DNA of 64,000 nt, from assembly GCA_951406725.2 (NCBI GenBank), contig OX597824.1:4712001-4776000 (forward strand). Reading direction: 5' to 3'. Under the pieces are notes generated by a model. It saw only the letters and a list, made by a program, of their open reading frames with translations, did not search any database and was not told the origin of the DNA. The position numbers and the translations under genes are program-made. The first letter of the stretch is position 1, and each line of letters starts with the position of its first letter. The DNA comes from Octopus vulgaris. Its lineage: Eukaryota. Positions 34,941-50,129 of this stretch are shown here, piece by piece.

Positions 34941-37900
34941 TTGATAGCTAAATCAGCAGAGTGCCAGACAATCATTTGTGAGATCAATCAGTACTATAAG
35001 CAGTCCATGGACAAGGCATTTAACTCTTAATGGCCGAGTATCAAGCAGCATGTTGGTACTTTTGTGTGGAATAATTCACCACAGAAAATAATGTGTTAAC
35101 TTTCAATAATCAATCTTGTTTCCAGGAACAGTTAGCTTTTATTTGACTGGTAATCTATCAAAGGAGGGAATCTTCTCTAATCCTTTTAATGCCATGAACA
35201 CTGGAGATTACAGACTGGTCCAGGGAGAACTCAAGAGGTCAATGGTAGAAAATATTGTCCGTGTAGATGAATCTGTGTGTGCATGTGAGCGCACACGTGT
35301 GTCCGTGCGTGGATGCATGCATGCATATATGTGTGCCTTGCCCATGCAGTTTTAAGTGCCATACAGTTATAGATAAAGTCCTATTAAGTCAACACTGTGT
35401 TCCTTCTCTTTATTGCCAGTTGTAGCCATTTAACTAACACTTTTGAAACGCATTACACACATAAACATTAACAGTTTGATTTTTCTCCTACCAAAATGGT
35501 TGATCATTCATTAGGAAGAATTTGTGAGAACAAAATGTCAAATAATTAGCTTTGTTTAAACACATTTGTTGTGAAATGAACAAAAATACTGACTGAATAT
35601 GTTTTTTCCATGTCAATATGATTAGAATGTTATTCTGAGCTTTGTTCACTTTCTTTCTTTTTTTTACCTTTTAGAATACAAATATTAAAGCAATATATAC
35701 AGCAAACTTAATGCAGAGGATACGAGCAAGAAGTCTGGCAATTTTCAACTTATAGCTCACACTGTGTTATATTCATGAGCAAAGCACAAAATACTCAGCA
35801 ATCCATTGAGTCCTGAGTAGCTTTAAATATGACAGTTCGAAACGAAAAACATTATTATTTGTGTTACTTTCACTCTGGTCGTTGAGTAGATACAGGGACT
35901 AAAGAAGCTCAATCAAAACGTATTAGAATTATAATAGTGCTTGCATTTAGTTATATCCTAATTCAACCTTATCAGAGAAAGAACATATATTCTACTATGA
36001 AGTGGTTTATCGTGTTGAGTTGAGTTACACAATCAGGGCATGTAATCACCATCTTCATATCCAATCTCTTTTCATTTTTCTTTGGTTGTAGGCATGACCA
36101 GATCAAATATAAGAAAGGCGGTCTTGGTTAATGTTTGTGGGTTTGACTTCATAAGGTTCACTGGAGATAGACAGCAAACAAGCAGAGAGTTCAAACACAG
36201 TGTATCGATTGATTTTTGCCATTATTTTGCTGTGAATGAGTGCATTGTTTCTGTCAGCATCCCAAGCTATCATCTGAGTTTCTACACAGTCACTCAACCT
36301 GCTCTTATAGAAGAAAAATCTCCTTAAAATATCTCCCTACTGTCTTCAAAATGGGAACCACATGCATCTTATTGCATTTTTAAAAGAAATCACAGAAAAT
36401 CAAAAATGTTTTCACAACATGTAGTTAATGTAGCAGATTACAAATGTTTAATGCCAGCATTATTTCTGGCTGACAGCTGCCCATTTTGTTTCTGCTTCAT
36501 GTTGCCTCTCTGCTACTACCATCAACGCACAGTTAAAAAACTTGTCAATATGGTAATGCTGTATTAAGCAGATTTAGTGCAAAAATTTTCAATTTGCGTA
36601 CATATATTAGCAAGAGAGAGAGAGAGAGAGGGGGGAGCGGGGAGAGAACGTGTCACTTCATTCAAACATGTTCTCCCCTCTGTGTGTTTGTATGCATGTT
36701 TCTTTCACTTTGATGTTCTTTTGTAGGTTCTATGCAAAGAATTTCAATTTATCATCGATATGTTCGTATATTTCATACTGCTTCTGTGTGTGTTGGTGTG
36801 TGCATGCACAGGCATGTGTACGTGCACGTACACACACACACACACACATGCTCACAGTCACACACGTTGGCTTTATCTTTCATTTTGGGGTCCCTTGCTC
36901 TTCTATCTGCCCATCACTACAAGTCTTACAAAGATGTTATCTATCGGAATGTGTGATGCACTGCACTTACAAAGTTATGAAAAACTAAAAAGATGAATTG
37001 AAATAAAATAGGGAAGAACTAAGAAGAAATAATAATGATAATAATAAATATTTTTTGAAGGAGAAAGATGTGTACTTTGTCAGAAAAATATATCACTGAG
37101 TAATAAATAACCAATATAGAATTTCAAAGACATATGTATTGTGATGAAATGGGATTTCCTTTTCATTCACTTTTTTATCTTTTTTTTATTATTGAATACT
37201 TTTGAAGGATAAATAAATTCAGTTCAATTTTTATGTCTTCAATTATATATATTTTCACTTTTTTATGCTGTTTATCATAGAGAATAGTTTGTAAAAGAAA
37301 ATCCCTAAATTCATTTCATATTTAAGTGCACCATTAGAAACCAAAGCAACAGCTTTATATAGCTAAACACTTGTGTGTTTATATTTGCTTCTACAGTTCT
37401 GTCAACTTTATTTCTTCTAAGATAATTTTATAGAATGAGAATTGGTCTTCAACTGCAATGCAGGATTTCATTTTTTTCTTTTCTTTTTTTTCTTTTTTTT
37501 TTCTTTTTTTTTTTTTTTTTGCATTCAGACAATAAATTGATTATGTCAAATGCAGAACTGTTGTAAAGGTTCACATACTTTAACAGTACTGCTAATTGAC
37601 TGAATTTGAAGAACCTGACTTAGCCATTTTTGCTTGCTCTTTAAGGAACACATACTTCTCAAAATATTTAGTTACATAAACAAAAGCAGCAATTATTGGG
37701 TATAGGTTTAAACATAATTATAATACTAAAGCTCTGCTTGCCGTAAGACTTAACTGGGTATCTTTCCCTCAATCAGACACACACAACAAATAATGCATTG
37801 ATTAGATAGCAATTTTTGTTTTTCACTAGCTCTTCTTCTCTTTTTGCTAGTCTTTCTCATCCCAAATGGTAAATAAGAATCATAGTAATTGAGCATAAAT

Positions 37901-38723
37901 TCATTATTTCAAACACACAGCTTAAGTTATTATAACTGGAGAGTTCTTTTTTTTATTTCTTAAATTTTTACTTCAGGTCCATTAACTGACTACAAAAGGA
38001 AATAATACAAATGTATTCTGTCCATGCCAATCCTATATACAAGATCATATTAACAGTATTATAAGCTCCCTGTAAAAGTAATGCACTAGTGTTTATAATA
38101 TTTATTGATGGCAAACCTCACCATATGTAGATGATTGGCACTGACTCCCTAGACTTATGGTACTCCTGGGCAACTGTCCAGTTTGCCAATCCCATAAGTA
38201 ATAATCACTAATTCTGTGGGAACGCTGTCTGCCTTCTCCTACTTATCTATATATCTATTTCCTGTTGTCTCTTTATTCTATGCCTGCACATGCAAGTGTA
38301 TGTGTGTGTGTGTATGTGTGTGTGTGTGAGTAAGTGTATACACACACACACAACACATGCACAGGGTGAATTGTTAGTCACTGCTCTCTCTATATAAAAG
38401 GGAAACAAAATGAAGAGCATTTCAATGAATCAAAATAAAAGATTAACAAATAATTTTCAATGAATTCAAAATAATTTTTTTTATTATAAGTAAATGAAAG
38501 TTATATTTGTGTAATAGAAACTCTGGCCAAAGCCATAAATTTGAACTCTTGATCCACGCACCACTTTACATCCTACCAATGCAAATTGATAGGACCTGAT
38601 GTCTCTCAAAATGTGAAATATCACATCAAACATATAGCTTCAGATAATCTACCCAAAACTTATACTGACTGAGGTCAAACAAAGATAATCTTCTCACATC
38701 ATTCATCAAATACATTGGATACT

Positions 38724-38920
38724 GGTTTCAAATCATGGCACAAGGCCAGCAATTTCAGGGTTAAGTCAACTACATCCACCCCCCAGTGCTCAACTGGTGT
38801 TTATTTTATTGACTCTGAAAGGATGAAAGGCTAAGTCATCCTTGGCAGAATTTGACCTCAGAATGTAAAAAAGAATGAAATTCCACAAAGCGTTTACCTT
38901 GGCATACTAATGATTCTCCG
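38724..38920 (-). mobile_element. SINE family C
   Basis: ggcacaaggccagcaattt..ccagtgctcaactggt..ggatgaaaggc..ggcagaatttga. Confidence 0.8.
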
Positions 38921-40879
38921 GCAGCAGTGCTGAGAATGCTAGATGCACATATTTGCCTCTTAGGATTTTGTCAGTAGCATATACTCACTGGTTTTAAACA
39001 CAGTAAGATGATTAGAGATTATCTCCAGATAAATAGCTCAGTTAATTTGCTATCGTTATGTATTTGCATTAAGTATGATACACAGATAGCTATATTACAG
39101 TTGATGCAACAATCGCAATTATTGGGCCACTGATTCACACTATCATATTTTTTCCCATTTTTACCGGATAACAAAATTCTGTTTTCATGAGGGAATTTTG
39201 ATGATGGGTTTTAATTCAAATGGAACACTAATATTTAAAGCCTACTACTTATTAGATAATAAGAAGACTAATGAAGTATAATATGGGCTTCTGGAGGTTC
39301 ATATTAAAATACAGGTATCAATGTTTCAAAGTAAAAGTATCTTTTTTTGGTTTCATTATGTGATCTAAACCTTAAAGACTGTCACCTTTTTTATTCTATA
39401 TCAATAACCAACTAGATTTGACAAAAAGCTAAATTTAAATCTATGTGGAGAATAGAAAATATTTTTTATATTAACTGAAGAACATCTGCAAATCAAAGTA
39501 TTCGTAATAAAGATAAATCAAGCTCTTAATTTTGAAAATTTTTGTTTTTTCATTCATTTTACATCCAGTTTTACATGCTAGCATGGGTTAGATAAAATTA
39601 ATAAATATACATATCACAAACGTGGGTTTTCTAGTGAAATAGCAGTAACACTAAAAAATATCTGCTTAGCCAAGAATAAAATATATAAAAAAAAACTTAG
39701 GGTCAACATAAACCTCATTTAAACAACTTGTAACACATAGAAACCCAAGCAAACAAGCCACACAAGATCTTGGCACTGGTATAATTTATACATGTTTACA
39801 TGTTTACATGTTTCGCTAGTGAAACAATGAAATGTAACTTCATTTGGAAATTGTTTTATTCTATTTTGTTGAGTTAAATAATAGTGTTGTTGATCACTTA
39901 CTTTTATAAAATATAAAATCTTTGACCCTATTTTCAAGGAATTGTTCTGCAAGAAAATACTTTATAAATCAATTTTCAAAGCTTGACCCAGCTTACAAAT
40001 CAGTGGTAACCAAACATAATTGTAAAATATATTTTTCAATTATATATCATCTCTATAAGCTCATGAAAAGAAGGTCAAATCTAAAACAGCAAATCTATTT
40101 TATTATTTTCAGAATTGTAGATTTCTGGACCAGGATTCTAACAAATGTCACAAAATGACAATCATATCTGTTCTGTATAGATAAACTATCACAAAAAGTT
40201 TTATGGTAGACCTACTCTCAGATCTCTCTCTGTATTTTCTATATCAAATTCCTGGTGGTACACCAAGTATTCCATATAGAAGACAGAAAATTCAGTGCAT
40301 AAACAAAATGGCTAAATTACATCAATTATGTAAATATGATAAAACACAGTGGAAAATTATAGAACTTATTTGCTGTCAGTATGTCTATATTCTTAGACAA
40401 ATATACTTACTTGCTGAAAATAAGTGCAAACCTAAAACTATTAAACACTTGCAAAAAAGTATTATATGCATATATCACACAATTCATGTTTTATGGCAAA
40501 TTTATCAGCCTTCATCCATAGACAATCCTTTTTTAATCTTACAAATATGTAAACAGCCATATCAAAGATAATAATATATACATGTGTTGAATATTTCATG
40601 CCCCAACCCTTCCCACAAAACATACATCCTTAGCAAAATATAAACTGCAGTTAAAGCATCACTTTACAGGTTATTATTCATTTCACAAACTATAGAGAAT
40701 ACAAAAACACACAAAAGCAATTTTTAATCAATATAATAATAAATCATTTCAATTTCAATTAGTCATCCCTGAACATACAGAATTAATTCAAGTCATTTAT
40801 TTTGAAAAACTACCAAACTGTATGAAAAAGCCCATGACCAAATGATACACAGATATATAAATGTATACCCACACAACTG

Positions 40880-41285
40880 TGTGTATGTGTGTGTGTGTGT
40901 GTGTGTGTCTAATTTCATGTCCACATGTATGATTGTGTGTGTGTGTGTAAAAATTATGGGAACCATTGATTGGATGAGTGTGTGTATATGTGTGTGTGTG
41001 CATGTAAAAGTTATGGGAACCATTGACTGTGTGTGCGTGTGTGTATGTCTATATTCATGTGCACATGTATGATTGTGTGTGTGTGAGTGCGTAAAAATTA
41101 CAGAACCATTAATTGGATGAGCGTGTGTGTGTGTGTGTGTGTATGTGTGTGTGTGCGCACGCACGTGTGTGCATGTGAAAATTATGGGAACCATTGAATG
41201 TGTGTGTGTGAAAATGATGGAACCATTGATTGAGTATGTGTGTAAAAATTATGGGAACCATTGATTGTATGATTGTGTGTATGTG

Positions 41286-41327
<42 letters not shown>

Positions 41328-41345
41328 TTATGGGAATCATTGACA
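40880..41345. repeat. composite minisatellite: 7 copies of aaaattatgggaaccattga separated by (GT)n
   Basis: Copies at about 40949, 41006, 41093, 41178, 41211, 41244 and 41323. Confidence 0.9.
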
Positions 41346-41726
41346 AAAATTGATTTTCACCAAATTAAATTCTATACCAATGTTTTGTAGTCTGTGGAGA
41401 TTTTTCTGATAGATAAATTGGCCCTTTACGCTATATTATAATGGTCGTAGGGATTAATTTTCTTGATTAATTTTTCAGATATTGTATTGGCTATTGAGTA
41501 ATTAAGATATTGATTAAGCTGAACTTGGCTATATTTTCAAGCCCTTGCAGAAGTATCAGCTGACAAAATTGTAAAAGAGACTGGTAGATTCAACATTAGG
41601 TTAAGTCTGTCGATCTTCTTGCCTCAATTAACCTATCTGAAATAAAAGTACCTTTCTATATTGCAGCAGTCATTCATCACAATAAATAACAAGTTTTAAC
41701 TTTGGTAGAAGGATATTTGCCTGATC

Positions 41727-42148
41727 TTTTTTTTTTTTTACTTGTTTCAGTCATGTGACTGTGGCCATGCTGGAGCACCGCCTTTAGTCGAGCAAATCGA
41801 CCCCAGGACTTATTCTTTGTAAGCCTAGTACTTATTATATCGGTCTCTTTTGCCGAACCGCTAAGTTACAGGGCCGTGAACACACCAGCATCAGTTGTCA
41901 AGTGATGTTGTGGGGACAAACACAGACACACAAACATATACACACACAGATACAAATATATATATATATATATATACATATATACGACGGGCTTCTTTCA
42001 GTTTCCGTCTACCAAATCCACTCACAAGGATTTGGTTGGCCCAAGGCTATAGTAGAAGACACTTGCCCAAGGTGCCATGCAGTGGGACTGAGCCCGGAAC
42101 CATGTGGTTCGTAAGCAAGCTACTTACCACACAACCACTCCTACGCCT
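41727..42148 (-). mobile_element. SINE family A (full length)
   Basis: Highly similar to 718-1127. Confidence 0.9.
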
Positions 42149-42321
42149 GATGTTTATTTTATTGACCTAGGTGAAAGAAAAACAGTTAAACCTTGCAAGG
42201 TAGGCACACAGAAAATAAAGAGACTCAACCAAAATTGTTATCCACCACCCTAGTTTGCAATTCATTTGAAACCTTTTAATACATGCAAACTAGAAAAACA
42301 GACATAAAAATTTAAAAGAAA

Positions 42322-43004
42322 ATCATCATTATCATTGTTTAACATCGGCTTCCCATGCTGGCATGGAATTGGACGATTTGACTGAGGACTGGTGAACCAG
42401 ATGGCTGCACCAGGCTCCAATCTGATCTGCCAGAGTTTCTACAGCTGGATGCCCTTCCTAACGCCAACCACTCCAAGAGTGTAGTGGGTGATTTTACATG
42501 CCACCTGCACAGGAGCCAGTCCAGCAGCACTGGCAACAACCTTGCTCAAATATTTTTTCATGTGCCACAAGCACAAGTGCCACTAAGGCGACACTGGTAA
42601 TGATAACACTCAAATAGTGCTTTTTATGTGCCACTGGCATGGATGCCAGTTAACGCTCGGATGGTGCTCTTAGCGCTCCACTAGCATGGATGTCAGTCAT
42701 CGAATTTGATTTCAATTTCACTTGCCTCAACAGGTCTTCACAAGCAGAGTTTAGTGTCCAATGAAGGAAGAGGTATGCATAAGGCTGGTTACACCCCTGG
42801 CAAAGGCCATGGGTTATGGTCTCACTTGGTTTGCCGGGTCTTCTCAAGCACAGCATATTTCCAAAGGTCTCGGTCACTAGTCATTGCCTTGGTGAGGCCT
42901 AATGTTCAAAGGTCATGCTTCACCACCTCATCCTAGGTCTTCCTGGCTCTACCTCTTCCACAGGTTCCCTCAACCGCTAGGGCGGGGCACTTTTTCACAC
43001 AGCT
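42322..43004 (-). mobile_element. RTE LINE 3' fragment (ORF end plus 3' UTR)
   Basis: Reverse complement encodes GTCGRGRARKT*DEVVKHDL, as in 23500-23560, followed by the shared 3' UTR. Confidence 0.88.
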
Positions 43005-44020
43005 TTTCTAACCAAATTTAGTAAATGTACCAAACATGGAATACATTCTGCAAGCTCATTCAACATTTTAATTCTTCCTTCAGAGCCATTACATATGATT
43101 TCTGTTGCTGATATCATCAGAACTTTGACCACAGCAGTTTTTATATAAATGCCATTTATCTTTTAAAAGTCAAATTAACACTGAGTGAGCCATTCAGTAC
43201 TATGAACTTTCCATATCCAAAATCTTTACAAATCTTCCAACTGACCTAAATAACAACACATAATGTGGAGTCAGACAGATGGCTTATATTTGATACAATA
43301 GAAACCAATAAAGCAAAATAACATATTTCTTCATATCACAAATTATCTGTTCCAGTATGCTGAATCTGTCAGGTTGAGGAATTCTTTATGCGTTATTTTA
43401 AATTGGTATGATTTGCATCCCTTATATTTACTTTTTTATGAGTATGAGTATTTCGTGCACTTTGCCAGAAACAGATCATGCTTGGCCAGTAATTCTTCAA
43501 CAGTAATTCTCCAACATAAAATGAAAGGCTTCATTCATCCAAAACCTTTATAACTTCAAGAAATGTGTACCAAGACTGAAGAAGCCTCCATTTCTTACAT
43601 ATGTAAGGAGCTGACAGATTCACCTTGGCTTTTAAGCATCAACAGTGAAGCTTCTCTGTGTGAGGAACTTTCTTCACATCTACCAAAGATATTGCTTACT
43701 TTTTCCTGTTATTGAACAATATTCCACTTAACTTTAATAAATATCCTGAAAGCAAAACCTTACATGGAAAACAGAAGAGGCTTCTTATGCTTTTTGAGCA
43801 GTTAGAGGGGTGCTACTGAATAATTCTGGCTTGCTATACTTTGTGTTTATTTGAAACAAAACAGATATTTTATTGAATTATCATTTTTATGCACCCAACT
43901 GCACATTTGATCAATCAGCATATGGATCAATTAGAAAAGAGAGTGAGAATAAACCCAGTTGCCACCGGTGTTTGTTAAATGTGCACTTTAGTGGAGAGTC
44001 AACTTATAATTTTTGAATGG

Positions 44021-44071
<51 letters not shown>

Positions 44072-47000
44072 ACAGAGAGTGAGGGGAAGGGGAGAGAAGA
44101 GAGAGATAGATAAACTGGTACAATGGAGAGGAGGCAACCAAAATCAATACAAGACTTGCATTATATATTTTACCTAACGTTATTTACTTACTAGCCAACA
44201 TGTTTCAGACATGTGAAAGGTTAACTGTGGAAGAGAAGAGTTTAGACACAATAAGTTGCGTTAGCATTCCCTTCCTTACCATGGATTTCACTTGGATTTT
44301 ACTCCTATTCCTCAAAGATTCCAAAATGTATGATGCTTGAAGAGGCCATCTAAGTGGAATGACCTTTACTAATGAATAATCTAGTACCTACCAACACTCC
44401 CAATATGCTGAAAACCTACAAGCCCTCATTTCCAATCAATTCATTTTTGTATGTTGATGTTAAGGAAAATTACCCCACAGCGATTGTGAATAGTTGGAAG
44501 CATCCTCTACAGACCCTGATTTCATTTCAAACCAAACCAAACCTAAAATTATAAAGCTTAAATGCTCCAACCATTATATGAACTCACTAACATATACTAT
44601 TGTTACATAAACATCAAAGATGCACAATTCAAATATTCCCAATACAAAACCCTTATATGATACAAATTTTTGTTTTCAAAAATGTGGTTTTATTAATATA
44701 AACTTTTGTTACTTTTCTTATGGTTTTGCTAAACAGTATAAAGGAGAAACTATATACAATATAATGTTTCGAACCTAATGAATTGAGCTAATGGGAATGA
44801 TTAGCATTTCATTGTCTACAATATTTTAGTAACAATCTGATTCATTCAACTAATCTTATTTATGAGAAAAATAATAATTAAGCCCAATTACTGTATGATG
44901 AGTTTAATACATCGAAATAAAGAAGTAAAATGACAAGTCTATTAATTACCATTTAACAAATATGAAGTAACTCTGCCACTTACCATCGCCATTCAATTTG
45001 ATTGTTGCAGATTATTTGATTTAAAGTGTATTACATCCCCAAAGTGTTCTGAGTATTGCATCAACCTTAAACACCCATTCATTCATGAAAGTTGAAGGCA
45101 GTATAGTACTATAGTAATAGAGCATATACAAAATCACTGAATTGGAATTAATAGCTTGCAAGCATCTATCACAGGGCCCTTGAAAATGCCAAACTTGTAA
45201 CATATGCTACTCTTGCTGCTAGATCAATCTGGCTTTGACTACACTGGGATAGTGCAGTTATATTTGGGGATGGTGTTGGCAGAAAATATATCTTGTGGGA
45301 TTTATGCTGTAATCACCTCATTTATATATTAGACATAGTGTTTTGATGATTTGGGGTCATGTTTTTTTTTTTTGGTCCTAATTTTAATTATGGCCAGGAA
45401 ACAGTGAAAGAAGATTTAACAGTTTTTTCAAAATGTGAAGTGGTAACAATAAAAATGTGTTTGTGGTAACAATAAAAAGAAATGATTGTGTTACTTTGAC
45501 CAAGCAGGTTTAAAATGGAAAGCATTCCAGTCACAGACCATCTCATTATTTTAAAGGTGTTTAGGTCTGCATTATCTAATGTTTTTTCCCTGTTAAAAAA
45601 TATAAGTGTAATTTAAGGGAGATTTAGCTGCTATTTCTAACAGATCGTGCAACCTCATTGGTTTGATCTTCCCTTTTGTTACTGTTGTTACTGTTGTTGT
45701 TGGTCAGATTATTCGCATTATTGATTTACTCATTTTGAAGTGCCATTTAATTTGGTTGAATATATTTATCTAACAGAAGTATTTAATTGAACACTCGAGT
45801 GTGATGCAAAACAAATTCAGCCAAATATGGTCAAAACTGTTGTTTCTTGTTTTATTGACCCCCTGGGATGTATGAAAGCAGTGTTCAGACTCAGAAGTAT
45901 TGGCCACCAATTTAGACATCAATTATTCAATCAAGTCTGGATCATATCCAAAAAATTTACCATTATGTGTTACTGCTTTCTATTCTTGTGGACTGCTGCA
46001 TTCTTTAACTATTTACCAACTAAGTGATGTTTATACATGTAGAGTAAATAATTCTTTGTTCAATGGTATGATAAAATATCTATTAGGATATTTTAAAAGA
46101 GTGACTCACTGTCTATGGAATTATAGTCCTTTATGCTAATTCAACCTCTGCAACACTGTATTCTGTTCTTCAAAAGTTGCTAAAAGCCCCTAACCTCATA
46201 TTTGGTTCCTTCCCCCACCTCTGCTTCATGCCACTCATCTGCTTTCCTGCTTCTGAATCTCTCCACAGCCAATCATTAACATTACAAACAGCCTTTGAGA
46301 CAAGAAGGAGCTTCTATGTAGCTGTTTGATCTACTTAATGTAGCAACTAAATTTCTCTTAATAAATCCCTTACCATCTTCAAATCAATTCCCTGCCACTG
46401 TTGAAGTGTTGCTGACAGAGATCGTACAGCATCGTGTATTTCTAATCCACAGTGCATGACACGGATAGAGAAAGAATGGGAGGGCAAATGCAGTCTCAAA
46501 TAAAGAATCAGTCTTCTACAAACAAAGTTCATACCTCATGCTCTCCACTACATCATACCCCATGGTTAAAACATTCTCTTCTCATTGACTAAGTCCTCTA
46601 GCTCTAGGTACATATCACAGAGAAGTATAATTCATTATGGAGAGTGAGTGTAGCACTAATATTGACAAATGTTTCGTTGACCTCACCTTTTCCTGTGAAA
46701 AATATACAACATACAAGAGAGTATGTTGTTGTAAAACCAAAATAAAAAGAAACAATGGTGAGAAAATATTCTTTTGCTTTTGGTTGTGTCAAAGCCTTGC
46801 ACGCAACAAAGCAACTGGAGGAGTGACATATGTTGCATATAAGTGTGTAAGCAAAAGGCTCATATATATATGGTATGGTATACATTTTCATAGCATTAAC
46901 ACTAGGAAGAAAGGTTATTAACCCTGTTGATGCCAACCTGCTTATGACAAACTCTGATTCTGCTGATTTTGAAGTTTTAATATTTTTAAAAACTCACTGC

Positions 47001-47304
47001 AATTTCATATAAGACTTTTGTCAAGTTGTGTTTTGATAACCAGCTTAATAACGAAAAAGTTTGGTATTTTCTAAATCCTTTCAAATTCTTGATTAATTTT
47101 CAAAATTTATTTAAACATTTTATCTCTGAATGTCATTAAATGGGTAAACAAAAAGGCTGCAGTTATCTTATACACTCCTCATGTGATCAAGAGCAAAATA
47201 CAGTGAGCACATATGTATATAGCTATACCAAACAATGTTAAATGTCTTGATCAATGTCAAAATGCAATGCTGCGAGGAGATAACAACAACAACAACAATA
47301 ATAA

Positions 47305-47881
47305 TAATAATAATCCTTTCTACTACAGGCACAAGGTCTGAAAGTTTGGGGAAGGGGACTAGTCAATTACACTGACCCCAGTGTTTCACTGGTACTTAAT
47401 TTACCAACCCTGAAAGGATGAAAGACAAAGGTGACCTTGGCGGAATTTGAACTCAGAATGTAAGGACGGATGAAATGCTGCTAAGCATTTTCCCCAGCGT
47501 GCTAATGATTCTGCCAGCTCACTGCCTTCATAATGGCTTCAAATTTTCGCACAAGGCCAGCAATTTTGGAGGAGAGGATAAATGGATTACATCCCCTCCC
47601 CCAGTGCTCAACTGGTACTATTTTACTGACCCCAAATGGATGAAAGGCAAAGTTGACCTCAGTGGAATTTGAACTCAGAACATAAAGACAGATGAAATTT
47701 TGGGGTAAGGGTTAAGTTGATTATATCGACCCCAGTACTCATCTGGGACTTAATTTATCAATTCCAAAAGCATGAAAGGCAAAAATCAATCTTGGCGGAA
47801 TTTGAACTCAGAACATAAAGACAGACAAAATGCTGCTAAGCATTTTGCTCAGCATGCTAACCATTCTGCCAGCTCACCACC

Positions 47882-47882
<1 letters not shown>
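47305..47882 (-). mobile_element. array of three SINE family C copies bounded by (AAT)n
   Basis: Three repeats of atgaaag.caaa..gaccttggcggaatttgaactcagaa. Confidence 0.9.
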
Positions 47883-47914
<32 letters not shown>

Positions 47915-48291
47915 GGGTCTTCTTTTCAAGCACGGCATATTGCCAAAGGTCTCAGTCATTTGTCATTGCCTCCATGAGGCCCAACGCTTGAAAGGTGCTT
48001 TTTATGTGCCACCAGTACAGATATAAATGTAAAACAAATTCATGGCTGTGCGGGTGAAGAATTCACTTTGCAACCACATGGTTTTTAGGTTCAATCTCAA
48101 TTTGCAGTAGTTCTTGCAAGCGTTTACTATAACCGCTGGCCAACTAATACCTTGGGAATGGTATTAGCAGGCAAAAACTGCATGGAAGCTCAGCATGTGT
48201 GTGTGTGTGTGTGTGCACATGCATGCTAAAGGTGACACTTTATGACTTTACTTGTTACTATATGAGTGAAACTGATCTCATTTTTATATAT

Positions 48292-48703
48292 ACTCTTTTT
48301 ACCCTTTTTACTTGTTTCAGTCATTTGACTGCAGCCATGCTGGAGCACCACCTTTAATTGAGCAACTCGATCCCGGGACTTATTCTTTTTGTAAGTCCAG
48401 TACTTATTCTATCAGTCTCTTTTGCCGAACCGCTAAGTAACGGGGACATAAACACACCAGCATCGGTTGTCAAGCAATGCTAGGGGACAAACACAGACAC
48501 ACAAACACACACATGCATTTATATATATATACATATATACGACGGGCTTCTTTCAGTTTCCGTCTACCAAATCCACTCACAAGGCTTTGGTCGGCCCGAG
48601 GCTATAGTAGAAGACACTTGCCCAAGGTGCCACACAGTGGGACTGAACCCGGAACCATGGGGTTGGTAGACAAGCTACTTACCACACAGCCACTCCTGCG
48701 CCT
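48292..48703 (-). mobile_element. SINE family A (full length)
   Basis: Highly similar to 718-1127. Confidence 0.9.
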
Positions 48704-48928
48704 TATATATATATATATTTTTTTTTTTTTTTTGTTGGCATGACAACCAGTTGCTCTCTACTTTAAAAAGACCATTGGAATAAATCTAAATCCTTTACCT
48801 GAAAAACAGGTAAAGGTTGGCAACAGAAAGAACATCTAGCTGTAAAATGTTGTTTCCTATAAATCCCCACCCAAACCTTGGTAGCATGGAAAATTGCACA
48901 TTAAATGAACAACTGAATGAACACACAC

Positions 48929-48972
<44 letters not shown>

Positions 48973-50129
48973 GCATGCATAAATTAAATCAGAAATTAAC
49001 ATATTGACACTGAGAGACAAAATAATGAATGAACAGGAAAACAAATCTACACACACACACCACCACACACTTAAGTGCACAAATACATTTCTATATATTG
49101 AAAAAAAAAAAAAAAATTGATTAATATGCTATTCCAATAATAGTTACATACATAACAGCTAGTATGACTCATTGAAACCTACACTAGCGTCACAATGCAG
49201 CAGATACTAAACAGATACTAAATGCAGAATACTTCATCCATACTTACCATAATTTATTCATAAGCAAACGCTAGAGATGGCTGAGGCAGTATAGCACAGC
49301 ACAAATATTTTATTGTTTCGTTACTGGTGCTTTGTCATTCAATTCCTATGGGAGCTATCTTTCACCCTTTTACCATTGATAAAATTAAGTAGCAATTAAT
49401 CCTTTCAAGAACCTCAGGAACCACAAAGAATTAGGATATAATTTGGTTTCAAGAAAAATGGTTCTTTTCTGGGATAAGATGCTAGAGTTTTACAGATTAA
49501 TTTTGTCAAATGTGTAAATAGATATTCCTGAGAAACCAGATAAATTGAGGATCACTGATAAAAGCCTCCTGTTCGGAGAGACAACAAAAATACAAATGTC
49601 TCCTAAGAAGCAAAACCAACAATCTGCTTTAATTTTATGCTATTAAGCAAATGACATATTTCTAGGTAAGATTTTGACCTTGAACAACATTTCCAGATAA
49701 TCTGCTATTTATTTCCATTGGCCAGGTGAATTAAAGAATACAGAATAGAATGTATTGCCAACGACATAAATAGCAGACAATAAAGATTTTCAGCAAGTGG
49801 TCCAATACCATATACAAGTGATCATTTTATAGTGGTGACTGACATCAACATCAACAACGAAAATGTGTTAAATCTTATCATTAACTGGGTTCCTCTTATT
49901 GAGCATTCAATGCAGTTTCTTCATCCATTTCATACCTTCTCAACATGGATTGCAAAGACAGTTTAAAATAAAAGATCAGTGAGTTGAGTTATTTGCTAAA
50001 TTTCTCTGACCTTTTCCTTTTTCTTTCAAGGACTATATTTCTTTTCCTTATTTTTATTCCTTATTATTCATTATTTTTCTTTAATTTGGTTTCCTCTCTT
50101 CGCTTGACTTTCAACTAAACATCACTGAC

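Noticed and set aside
34531-34987. Poly-E/K/S/F/L ORFs
   Set aside because: Six-frame readings of a (GAA)n tract
40949-41345. CRISPR-like repeat-spacer array
   Set aside because: Spacers are (GT)n of irregular length, the context is eukaryotic and there are no cas genes
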